Positions 1 through 10,877 of a stretch of DNA of 64,000 nucleotides are shown here, piece after piece. Numbering within the stretch: the first letter of the stretch is position 1; every line of letters starts with the position of its first letter. A program made the translations under genes and the position numbers. The DNA is from Vicugna vicugna (lineage: Eukaryota), in contig MU057398.1 of NCBI GenBank assembly GCA_013265495.1, positions 310,001 through 374,000 on the forward strand. The letters run 5' to 3'. The notes below the pieces were generated by a model, which searched no databases, was not told the origin of the DNA, and saw nothing but the letters and a program-made list of their open reading frames with translations.

Positions 1-2229
1 GGGAGACGCGTCTAGAAGATGCTGGCTAAAGCGCCTCAGATGGGGGAAGGGTGGAATGAAGCCTGTTACCCAGTGGCGGCCTGGGGGGAGGTTGTCATGT
101 GAGCAAATGGCTTCAGTGGCAGACGCTGCTCTGTGGGACCTGATGGTTGCCCAGAAATGAAACCTCGCTTGTGTGTGCACCCCAGTGCCTGAGCCCCGGG
201 TGGGAGCAGGGGGTCCACACAAGGGCCAAGTGGAATGGGCCTCTCCTCAAAGCCACGATTGTCTGGAAAGTGACCCGGAACCAGGACCTGAACAAGGTGT
301 CCCTTCACTAGTACAGCCGTCTTCAGCCAAAGGCCCACCATGGTACACCCGGCCCAGCTTTCCACCCATGCAGTTCCCTCCGAGCCACAGGGGGGTGGGG
401 GGTGCTGGCGGGAGAGGGGGCAGGGCTGCAGAGGTGAGGGTGAGGGCTGGAACCACCCAGTCTTCCCCACTGAGATTTCTGTTAGGAGCAGACAGTATCG
501 GAGCACATGGGCTTGGCTGCTTCGGAGAGACGGAGGTCCAGCTGTGCCTTCAGAACTACCTCAGATTCCAACACGGATGGCCTCTCACTCAAGTCCTCTT
601 AGAGAAAGTTTTCCATTTTATTCCTCAACAGGGCCCAGGCCAGGCCTTGTTCACCAAGACACGTCCCTAGGGTTAAGGAGGGAGGCCCCATTTCCTCGGG
701 CGGAGCAGTCCTGTGCCTTTAGAGCTTCTAGGACTGGCCTGGCTGCTCGTGGTGGCTTTCTTCTCTTCCGGTGCTGGGTGGGTCTCATTGCCTGGGGAGC
801 AGAGGCGCTGTGGGAGGGCTGGGGTAGGAGCTTTGCAGGGATGCGGGGCAGCATCATTCAATCCAAATGTTCCTCCTCCAGCCGTTCAGCCTTGAGTCAC
901 TAAAGCACAGGGTGGGGGGAGTGGTTGGTTATCCAACCTTTCCAGAAACTCCTCTGTGAGTCAGCTCACCAAGTCTTTGCAGGGGGCCAACTGAGTGCCC
1001 AGGGTCCTGGGCATGGCTGCCATATGTCTTCCCCAAAAGGGAGGATCACTGGCGGGGGGCGGGCAGCCCCATCTTTTGTGGTCTCCGTGTATTTTCACAT
1101 TTTGACAGATAAAATGGTCCTACTGCTGAATGGTACAGCTGTGAGCACATGTTGATTTCTTAGCAAAGCCCCCTGACTTCAGGACAGCTGGCAGTGTGGA
1201 TGGTCAGGGAAGCACGGGGTCAAGCAGCAAGACCCAAAGTTTCATTTGCTCACCTATGTGGTGTCGTTTGGGCAGTTCAACTCCAGACTGCACCCTGGAG
1301 CCTGGATGCTTAAGGGGAGGTGAAAGGTCAGGCCAGCCCAGGGCACCTTGGGCGCACCTGTCAGATGCACCCGCCGTGGGGTCCAGCCCAGAAAAGCCCA
1401 GGGGCCAAAGCAGGGAAAGAGTCGTCAAGGTAGGCATCTGCTGAGGCTGGAAGAGGCAAAGGGCAGGGTGGACATGCCAGGCTGGTGGCAGCAGGGCCCC
1501 GCCCTGGCTCCCACACCCGGATAGAAAGCACAGCAAAGCTAGGAGGGCCCTTGGAGGTGACGAGGTCTGCCCGTCGCCCCCAACTTACGGATGAGGAAAC
1601 AAAGCTGCCCCTCTCCTCTCTTTTCCAGGGGTGATGACTTAGGGGAATTCCAGGCTGCCGCAGACACTAGCCAGGTGGCCAGGCCTTCCTTGGCTGCCTC
1701 CTCACGTGTGCGGCATCCCAGCTCTACCGACCTCCCTCTCCATGTTGTCCCAGCCTTGAGCCCAGTCAGGCTCTGTCCCTACATTGCTGCGTGATCACCG
1801 GGAAACAACCACCTCAGTTTCCCTAGCTATAGCACAGGAACATCTCCTCCGAGTCCCAGACTGGACAAAATGAGGCCCCTGATGGTGATGCTTGTGGTCT
1901 TCGGTGCAAACTGGGCCCGGTGACAACAGCCCCCCCTCCCAGCCCCACCCCCAACGGCCTGTCTCCACCCCTTCCAGGCACTGAGACCCAAATACTATTA
2001 CTATTAGCCAGAATCTGATACGTTGAGAAGGGAGAAGACCGTGCAGGGGAACCTGGTGGTTGGGAGCACTGGTGGTGCTGTCATCTGGTCCTTATGTCCT
2101 CACCCCTGCAGCAGCAGGAGATGACTCTGGGGGCCAAGCTGTTCCCGGTCCTAGATGGGTCCTCTTGAGGGAAGCAAGGGTGCCAGCTAGACTCTTCGGA
2201 GCAAACCTCTCCCCTCCCAGGCTCAGCCT

Positions 2230-2511
2230 AGGTCAGGGCCTCCCCCTCCACGCCCGCGCCCCAAGCTGTTGAGGGCGGAGGGCAGCAGGAAGCATCCCAG
2301 AGAGGGGCCACCGCGGGCAGAGCGGGCAGAGGCTGGCAGGTGGGAGTAAGGCGGGCGGGGAAGGTGGAGGGAGACGCCAGGCCGCGGCCCCTCCCCGCTC
2401 CCTCCCTGCGCGCCGCCGGCGACATTGCCCCTCCTGGGCAGGGGGCGGAGAAGACGGCGACGGGAGGGGAGGAGGCGGCGGCGGAGGCGGGATTTGGAGT
2501 TTCCCTCCGCA

Positions 2512-2564
<53 letters not shown>

Positions 2565-2960
2565 GCTCTAGGCGAGGCCGCCGCCCGAGGCTCCGGTGGC
2601 GCTCGGCGGCAGCGGTTGTGGCGCTTCCCGCCGCCCCGGCTTCGGAAACTTCCCGGCCGCGACACGCGGAGCCGGCGCAGGAAGCCGAGCGGAACGGAGG
2701 TGAGCGGAGGTGAGCGGAGCACGCGGCGCCCGGGCACCCACCCCACCCCCACCCTGCCTGGCCGCTCCCACGACGTGCGCTCCTCCACCCTGCACCCCCA
2801 AAGTCTTGCCAACGCGCACCCCACAGGCCGACGCACGCGCCTCTGCGAGTCCCAGGCACGCGCCCCTACAAGACCCATTAGGTCGGTCCTGCCACCTCAC
2901 ACCCCCCGCATCCCGCCGTTGCACCTCCCGCGTCCTCGGCCACGCACACCCCCTGACACT
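2230..2960 (+). promoter_or_regulatory. DUSP9: CpG island: probable DUSP9 promoter and non-coding first exon (ends at donor 2699 or 2709)
   Basis: Very CpG-dense, with GC boxes and two GAG|GTGAGC donors (GT at 2700 and 2710). The first coding exon has an acceptor 35 nt upstream of its ATG, so an upstream exon is needed. TSS position is not visible. Confidence 0.7.
2513..2557 (+). repeat. (CGG)15 pure trinucleotide repeat in the probable DUSP9 5' leader
   Basis: Counted directly: uninterrupted CGG 2513-2557. Confidence 0.97.
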
Positions 2961-3101
2961 TACACGCGCGTGCACAAACCATGCACCACGGACCCAGGTC
3001 CCTGCAGTGCACACGCCAGCAGCCACGAACACCATCCACTACTGTCCCCAACTCAGGCCAGCACCCATCCCAGACGCTGCCACGCCTCAGTACACACCCA
3101 G

Positions 3102-3129
3102 GCGCGCGCGCGCGCGCGCACACACACGC
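3102..3129. repeat. (GC)9 followed by an AC run; alternating purine-pyrimidine tract
   Basis: GCGCGCGCGCGCGCGCGCACACACACGC read directly. Confidence 0.9.
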
Positions 3130-4229
3130 CCAGCACATCCCTGCGATATCTGCACTAACATAGCTCTCCTCACCGTGCCCCCACCATCTCCAACTCCCCA
3201 TATGCTCATTACAGACACCCCACCCACGTTCCCAGCCCAGAGACATTGCAATCCACCCACCCCTGAACGAAGCCCCAACACTAACCCCCAACACTAACCC
3301 ACACCCCAGAGGCCGACACTCCCCACTTTCCGAAGCCAGGCCCACTCCCCCCAGGCACACACCTCTAGCATCCCCAGCGCTCACTCTCATACACCCCAAC
3401 GCGTATGCACACCTGCTGGATTCCTGCTCTCCAGCACCCTGCCCCACCCCCATCGCAAATAGCCCTCAATATCCCCCAGCACATCCCTGAGTCCTTCCCA
3501 CCACCACCCTCCAACACCTGGCACACGGGCTCTAGAGGCTGCAGCATTTGGTGGCATCTCTGCCAGGCGCCTCTGGCTTGCCTTTGGCAGCAGCGGCTCA
3601 CCATCCTGAGGGCCCCCCAGGTGCCTCCCTAAATAGACCTCGAGTCTCCTCCGCGACTGACTTGGCCTCTTCCTTAAGAGATAAGGAAGGCACTTGGGAT
3701 GCAAGGTACCGTACTTAGATGTCGAGGGTGGGGAGATGGGCAGGGGAGAGGAAAGGAGTGGCAGGCACTGACATGGAAGCGGCCCAGCTGGGGCCAAAGG
3801 GGCACCAGTTGCCGGCCCGCACGTAATAGGTAGGTTTCCTGAGGGCAGGAGTCGGAGCGCAGTGTGTGTGCCTGTCTGCGTGTGTGGTGGGGGAAGGCCG
3901 TGGGTGCAGGCCATGGGTGCACGTGTTCCTGTGCGTGTCTGAGAGGGAGGAGTGTGTGACCCGCAGAGAGAGAAATCAGGAGCAGCACCCTCCTGGGCTC
4001 CCTCATGCAACAATTGGTTTCATTCATTCATGCCTTCTTTGTTAACGAGCATTTCTTCCGTGAGCGCCGTGTGCCAGGCCCTTTACTGGGGGCTGGGGCC
4101 AGCAAGGGGCCGGGGACACACCCGCTCCTGTCTTGGAGGAACTCCCAGTCCCGCGAGGAGACCGACCAGGAAAAGCAGAAAGCCATCCCCAGCGGAAAGT
4201 GGATTTGGTGGAAAAGACACTGGATTTGG

Positions 4230-4800
4230 CAGAAACGCGGTCGCTGGGAGTTGTGCTCCTGGCCATGTGACCGGGCCGCGACAGCCGAAATCCTGCCACT
4301 GGGCCCGGCGGGAACCGTGTATTTCGGGTTGGGGGGATGGAGAGGGAGGCGGGGCACCGCTCTCCGGAGGCCCTGGGGACCAGAGGGCGCACGCGGCGCG
4401 CGCGAGGCCTACGGGCAGCAGCGTTGCCGCGGCCTCCAAGGGGCACTGGTCAGGCCGGGCGGAGGCCAGGGGCTCCCGGCGGGAGCTGGGGCGGCGGGCG
4501 CAGCGCCCACCCCAGGACGAGCGCGGGGCCTGGCTCCGCCCGCCGGAGGGGGCCTGGCGAAGCCCGGGCGCGCGGCGCCGCCTCCCCCTGCCCAGCGCGC
4601 ACGGGGAGCGGGTGCGGGGCGGGGCCAGCGCCCAGAGCAGGCGCTGCAGGGGGCCCGAGTGCGGGCGGGCCCGGCGAGGGTCGGAGGTGGGGGGGGGCTT
4701 GGCTGCGCTCAGCCCTGCAGTGCGGAGGTGGCAACAGGTTCCAGTTTGTCCTGCTGCTGGCGCAGCGGGCGCCGCCGGCGCCGGGCAGTGAGCACTCACT
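4230..4800. promoter_or_regulatory. Second CpG island in DUSP9 intron 1 (possible alternative promoter/first exon)
   Basis: CpG-dense, with GC boxes and a possible donor GCA|GTGAGC (GT at 4788). Confidence 0.5.
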
Positions 4801-5789
4801 TTCGAGATTGAATCCCCCTCCTGAACGCTTTCTCCCGGGGTGGGTGGGGGACTTGGCAGCAGGGGTCTGGAGCTAGGTGCAGGGGAGCCACTCTTCAGGC
4901 GTTGGGAGGCGCAGACCTCCCACCATCGACCGCACAACCTACGTGGTGGGGGTGGGGGGGGCTTCTTGGAGTTGCCTCCTTCCTCATCCTCCTCTTCCCA
5001 GCGGGGCTCTGGTCACCTCCCCCTCGGGAGCTCTCTCCAGAAAGTCTGCTCAGGCACCTCAGGAACTCCTACCTCCTGCGGGGTTTGGGATTCCTCCCTC
5101 CAACCACCCTGAGCCCCCACGCCAGGGCATGTATCTCTCCACCTCTTTGTCAGGTGGGGTGTCAGGCCAGACTCCCCAGGCTGACACGTGGCAGAATCCC
5201 TTGGTGCCTTCAACCCCTGCCCACCCCAACCTCCTGCCCACAGCTGCAGCAAGTCTGGATGGAGCCCCCAGGCTTAGGGCCTATGGGCAGGTGGCAGCCC
5301 ACCTCTGCCTCTGGGAGCTAGGATGTGAGGGAAAGGAAGTGCCCCCTCCTCTGCTCTGGCCCCACGTGGGCATTGCAACTTCAGGGCACTAAGGTCTGAG
5401 CAAAGAGGAGGGAGATGGCAGGCTGGCCCTGGAGACAGAAGCCTGCCCAGAGTGGGACACCTTGAGGGGCCTGGGAAAGGACAGGCTGCAGAGGAGGAGG
5501 CCCCGGGCTGGAGGAGGGGGAACAGCCCAGCTGCCTGAGGCCCCTGGATGCAGGCGGTGGGACTCTTCCCAGAGACCAGGACATGCTGGGCTGGGGCCAG
5601 AGATGAGTCCCAGGCCGGTGGCCCACTAGGCTGGGAAAGGAGGGAGGGAGGGAGGGGGTAACTGGAGGCCCCTTGGAGGTGACCTCTCTGTACCCTGCCC
5701 TCTCCCCAGCATTACCACCCTAGTTTTCTCATCTTACTCTGGTTCATGGGAAGGGTCTGGCAGTGGCCCTGGACTGAACTATCCTAAAC

Positions 5790-6310
5790 AGTGGCCTTCC
5801 AGTGGCTTTGTACCCTGCACGCCTTAGTTATATGTCTTGTGGTACCCACCCTGTGTGCACAGCTCTGCCTTCTTTTACATAGTTCCTTGGGGTACAGTCC
5901 CCAAAGTGGCCAGAGGGTGCGCATAACCAAATTTATTTCCGAAAGGGCAGTACCAGCAGAGAACCAACAGGGAATCATTTAGCAACCAGCAGTAGAGCAG
6001 CGGGCCTGTTTCACAGCACCCTTGCCAGCATTGGTTGTTCTCATTTTGAGAACATTTTCCTAATGTAACAGTGGGAAGGGTTACCTTGTTTTCCATCATC
6101 TGTTACCTTGTTTTTTCAATTAACTTTCCTTCCATGTCTGGGGTTGAACCTTCCCCTAAATGCCTTGTACCAGTTACATTTCCTCCTTCATGCAGTGTCT
6201 TCTGGTTCCTTGCCCATTTATCTATAGGAGTCTTGACCTTTTGATTCGTTTGTATGCACTTTATCTTATCTTTTGTACATTTTCCTTCAACTCTGCTATT
6301 TGCTTTAGAC
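5790..6310 (-). mobile_element. Old L1 fragment, antisense
   Basis: T-rich tract with L1 3'-end-like motifs (CCTTGCCAGCATTGG, CTTTGCCCATTT-like). Boundaries approximate. Confidence 0.5.
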
Positions 6311-6329
6311 AGGTTTTAAGCAGAGAAGG

Positions 6330-6550
6330 GCCATAGAGCCAGACTTTTCAGAACCACCCCCCCAACCTCATTTCATTGTCTCAGCACTTATCACACCCAG
6401 TGTTATCTTGTTCAATCTCCCTGTTTATTACTGACCTGTCCTGCTGGCCTGGGAGTGCCGTGCAAGCAGGGACCTGGTGTGTCCTGCCTGTTCATCATCC
6501 TGTGTCCGTGGAAGGTATGGAGGCCACCAGCCTTTGCTGAGCAAATGATC
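6330..6550 (+). mobile_element. L2 3' fragment
   Basis: AGCACTTATCAC...GCAGGGAC...GTCCTGCCTGTTCA resembles the L2 3' end. Boundaries approximate. Confidence 0.45.
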
Positions 6551-7229
6551 TGCTGCAGGGCAGGGCTGAGGGGGTTTGGGGCAGAGAGGCCTGGAGGTAG
6601 GGAGGGTGCTCTGGAAGCCATGCTGGGGACCTGGGCAGTGCAGGGGGCAGAGGGAAAAGTACAGATGTAAGAGACATTTAAGTAGAAACTACTTGCCTCC
6701 AATCAACTAGGGAGGGGGCAAAAGGAGGGGCGGGGATGACTCCCAGGATCAATAAGGTGACAAGAACAGAGCACCCCAGTTTAGGGCTGAGAGTGCAGAG
6801 CTCCTGGGGACTTTTAAGCCTTTGGCCTGGCCTGTGTGGATGAAGCTATCGGGGTGCCCAAAAGCCACCCTCTGCCTGCTCAGCCCTCCAGCTAGCCTTG
6901 GGCAGAGTTCTGGACCAGAAAGCAGCCATGGTTTCTGGTCCTGCTTCCTCCTCCCCTCTGTGATTTCACTGGCATCCTGTGGGAGCCAAAGGTGGTAGCT
7001 ATGCTGAGCCTGTTATATAGATGGGGCCACTGAAACCCAGTTAGGGGACATGACGGTCCAGGGTCACCCCAGGTGAGGAGGACTGGAGGCAGCCTCTGGG
7101 GCAGGGGCACTGGGCTCTTGTCCCCACCCCTCCCCCTGCCTCCAGGGGCCTGACTGGCGCCGGCCAGGGGAGCTGCAGCTGGTCCCCTGCTGGGCCCCTG
7201 ACCTGCCCTTGGCCTCTGCCCCGGCCCTG

Positions 7230-8560
7230 TCCCGCTCCGGTGGAAGCCCCAGCCCAGCGCGCCACTTGCGGGGCCCACTCGACTGCTTTCGCTGGCACCC
7301 GTTGGCTCGCTGGATCTTGAGTCCAAAGGCAGCAGCTTCCAAGGTGGAAGCAGGGTCTTCACTGCCAGGAAGCTGCGGGTGCGCGGGCGGCGAGTAGACT
7401 CGGCCTCCACTCCACGTGCGCGTCTGCTCCGCTGCCCCGCCTTCTTGCCTGTGGCCGGGCCCGGGGACACCCTGCCCGGGGACGGCGCCCCTCAGTCCGC
7501 GGTGGCCGTGGCTGGGACATCCGCGTGCGGCCACCCGCCGCGGGATCAAGCTCCAGGTTTCTCTCCTTTTGTTTTCTCGCGGGGGAAGGGGAGGCGGAGG
7601 AGAGGGACCAGAGCCAGGTCAGTTCCTAGAGGTCCAGCCTGCCGAGGTCCATCACCTAGGCACCACCTCTGTTCCCCCAGGCCCACCTGGCCTTGGGAGA
7701 GATCTCGGCCTTGACCCGCTCTCACGTGCACACTCCCCCATAGTCGGAAGCTCAAAGATGGGGAGTGATTGCGGGCAGGCGGCAGAGTGAGAGATGTGGA
7801 AAGGGGGTATAGGGGAAGGTGGCCGCGGCCCTGGGTCCCCAGGAGAGGTGGGGAAGGGACCCACAGCTCTCCAAGGGGCCGCTGGACGCCCAGCCTTCTT
7901 CCTCTTCTGGAGGACCTCTCGCACTTCCCGGGGTAGGGAGCAGCGCGAGTGGCTGCCTCGGGTGTTTTTCTTGGGGCGCACGGGGAGCGTAATCCTTACT
8001 GTGGGAGGGGCGCGGGAAGAGAGTCATGCAGTAGAGGGGTGTCCCTGCGGGACCCTAGGCGCCCACCTTCAAGACACGGGGTTGGCTTCACGTCTTGGCC
8101 CCTGGGCCCTCACCCCTTGGCAGCCGGGCGCAAAGGACGCGGGCTCACGTTGCTCGCCTTCCCTCTCTCCGCAGCTCCAGAGGCCCGACGTGCCAGAAGC
8201 CGCGAGCCCATGGAGGGTCTGGGCCGCTCGTGCCTGTGGCTGCGCCGGGAGCTGTCGCCCCCACGGCCGCGGCTGCTGCTCCTGGACTGCCGCAGCCGTG
8301 AGCTGTACGAGTCGGCGCGCATCGGCGGGGCGCTGAGCGTGGCCCTGCCTGCGCTGCTGCTGCGCCGCCTGCGGCGGGGGAGCCTGTCGGTGCGCGCGCT
8401 CCTGCCTGGGCCGCCGCTGCAGCCGCCCCCGCCAGCCCCAGTGCTCCTGTACGACCAGGGCGGGGGCAGGCACAGGCGCGGGGAGGCCGAGGCCGAGGCC
8501 GAGGCCGAGGAGTGGGAGGCCGAGTCGGTGTTGGGCACCCTGCTCCAGAAGCTGCGGGAA
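7230..8560. promoter_or_regulatory. CpG island over late intron 1 and the first coding exon of DUSP9
   Basis: High CpG density. CACGTG at 7413 and 7723. Confidence 0.6.
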
Positions 8561-10877
8561 GAAGGCTACCTGGCCTACTACCTACAGGGTAGGTGGGCGT
8601 GGTGGCCTGGCAGGTGCCAGCCTGGGGAGGACCCCGGCCCAGGGGAGGCAGGTCCCCACCATCCCAGGGCAGTCATAATTCATTTGACCTTGGGCAAACC
8701 TGGCCTCATTTTGTCTAAAGTGGAGGTCAGATTCCCTTCCCCATGCATGACCTTGGAGAAGTCCTTCACTCTTGAGAGCCCCAGTTTCTGAGTCTGGAAA
8801 ATGGGGAGAACCAGCTGAGCTAACCTGGCTCCCTGGATGCTGAAGAATGGAGTACCCAGTGCGGGCTCCCAGCCCTCTCCCCGTGGTATCACCACTTCCC
8901 GTAGCTGTTCATTCAGCCATGGGCAAAGGAGGCAGGAGCCACAGGAGGACAAATCTCCCTCTGCAAAGGGTCTGGATGGGGGAGGGGAAGAGAGAGGGAG
9001 AGAGGCGGGGAAGGCAGGAGGAGGCAGAGACCTGCCTCGGCCATAGTCATGGCAGGGCTGGGGGCGGAGGGGAGACAGGCTGATACAGGCATGTTGGCTC
9101 CTTGCCAAGTCAAACACCCCCAGAGATCCAGGGTAGGGACAGGGTTCCCATGAACCTACAGAGCCAGCTGTCCCCACCTCCCCATCGAGGAGGGTCATTG
9201 GGGCATCGTCCCTTCCTGCATTCTGAATGCACAGTGATAAAGAAATAAATAAAATGTTGGATTTCCAGGCCCAGCCCTGGGAAATAGTAGATATTTGTAG
9301 ATGGAAATACTCACTTCTTGGGACTTTGGGACCGTACGGGTGGAACGCCACCCTCTCCCCCAGGCCCTCTGCTCCTTGGGGTCCCACTTCATCCCTGAAG
9401 AGAGCACAAAGATGGCTGTGACCTGGCCCCTGCCCTTGAGGTGCTTCTGGTCAAGCTGGATCGGGAGACACCCAGGCAGAGAACTCATATGTGAACCTTT
9501 CTGATTCTTTAAGTGATGGCTGCTGTCCTCCCTAATGCTGACAGTGCATCTAAACTCTGTTGAGCTCCCGTGCCTGCCTTGGCCTGGCCCTGGCGGTATA
9601 AGATCCTCTTTGGGCGGCTCTGCCTGGGCCCAGTGTCTTACAGCTGAAGTGGGCACTTGCTGTCCAGAGAAGTAGCCACCACAAGGGATACCAGGCTGCT
9701 GGCTTTCGAGTTCCCCTTGGGGACACCGACAAGTTCCTCGAGGATCAGGGCTGACTAGGGTTGGTTCCCTATCCCCAGCCCGGGCACTTGGCTGCCCAGG
9801 GGTCCAGATCAATGGGACTCTCCCCTTCTCCCCTCCCAGGTGGCTTCAGCAGATTCCAGGCCGAGTGCCCTCATCTATGTGAGACCAGCCTCAGCAGCCA
9901 TGGTGGCCCAAGCATGGCCCCAGTGCCCAGCCCAGTGGTGGGGCTCGGCGGCCTGTACCTGGGCTCCGATTGCTCAGATGGGGAATCCGAGCCCGACCGC
10001 GACTCCATGAGCTGTGGCCTGGATTCGGAGGGCGCCACACCCCCCCCAGCGGGGCTGCTGCCATCCTTCCCCGTGCAGATCCTGCCCAACCTCTACCTGG
10101 GCAGTGCCAGGGATTCGGCCAATGTGGAGAGCTTGGCCAAACTGGGCATCCGCTACATCCTCAACGTCACCCCCAACCTCCCTAACCTCTTTGAGAAGAA
10201 CGGCGACTTTCACTACAAGCAGATCCCCATCTCAGACCACTGGAGCCAGAACTTGTCTCAGTTCTTTCCCGAGGCCATTGCGTTCATCGGTGAGTCCATT
10301 CTGCCCTGGCTGCCTCCCTCCCTGCCCTCCAAACCTGGCCCCTGGCCTCTCCCGCCTCTTCCTTCTCCCTCACGAGGGTACCACCAGGCTCAGTCACCAT
10401 ACCCACAGCCTGGATGGTACGTCTGGGGTCAGGCAGTGCTGGGCCAGCTCCCAGAGACTGCCAGTGACAGTGCTGGGATGGGGCTGTGCAGGAACCCCCA
10501 GAAGGCCACCATCCAAATCTCATGTGGGCCCCCGCTCTGCCCCCCCACCAGACGAGGCTTTGTCCCAGAACTGCGGGGTGCTTGTTCACTGCCTGGCGGG
10601 CGTCAGCCGCTCTGTCACCGTCACCGTGGCCTACCTCATGCAGAAGCTCCACCTCTCGCTCAACGATGCCTACGACCTGGTCAAGAGAAAGAAGTCCAAC
10701 ATCTCACCCAACTTCAACTTCATGGGGCAGCTGCTGGACTTCGAACGCAGCCTGCGGCTGGAGGAGAGGCGCGCCCGGGAGCAGGGCAGCGGCGGGCAGG
10801 AGTCTGCCACCTCTGACCCGCCCTCCTTCTTCACCACCCCGACCAGCGAAGGCGTCTTCGAGCTGGACGCCACATAG
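8210..10877 (+). CDS. DUSP9: Dual specificity protein phosphatase 9 (MKP-4), 384 aa; join(8210..8588,9840..10289,10552..10877)
   Basis: [29 protein letters not shown] rhodanese/KIM domain (LLRRLRRG). Catalytic domain [13 protein letters not shown]...[10 protein letters not shown]...[19 protein letters not shown] junctions; 379+450+326=1155 nt, in frame; TAG at 10875-10877. Confidence 0.98.

Noticed and set aside
1..2200. Several 140-190-aa ORFs upstream of DUSP9
   Set aside because: No recognisable protein similarity or convincing exon structure; treated as intergenic.
3952..4937. Overlapping 268-284-aa ORFs on both strands
   Set aside because: CpG-island stop-codon depletion; low-complexity Arg/Gly/Ala/Pro translations.
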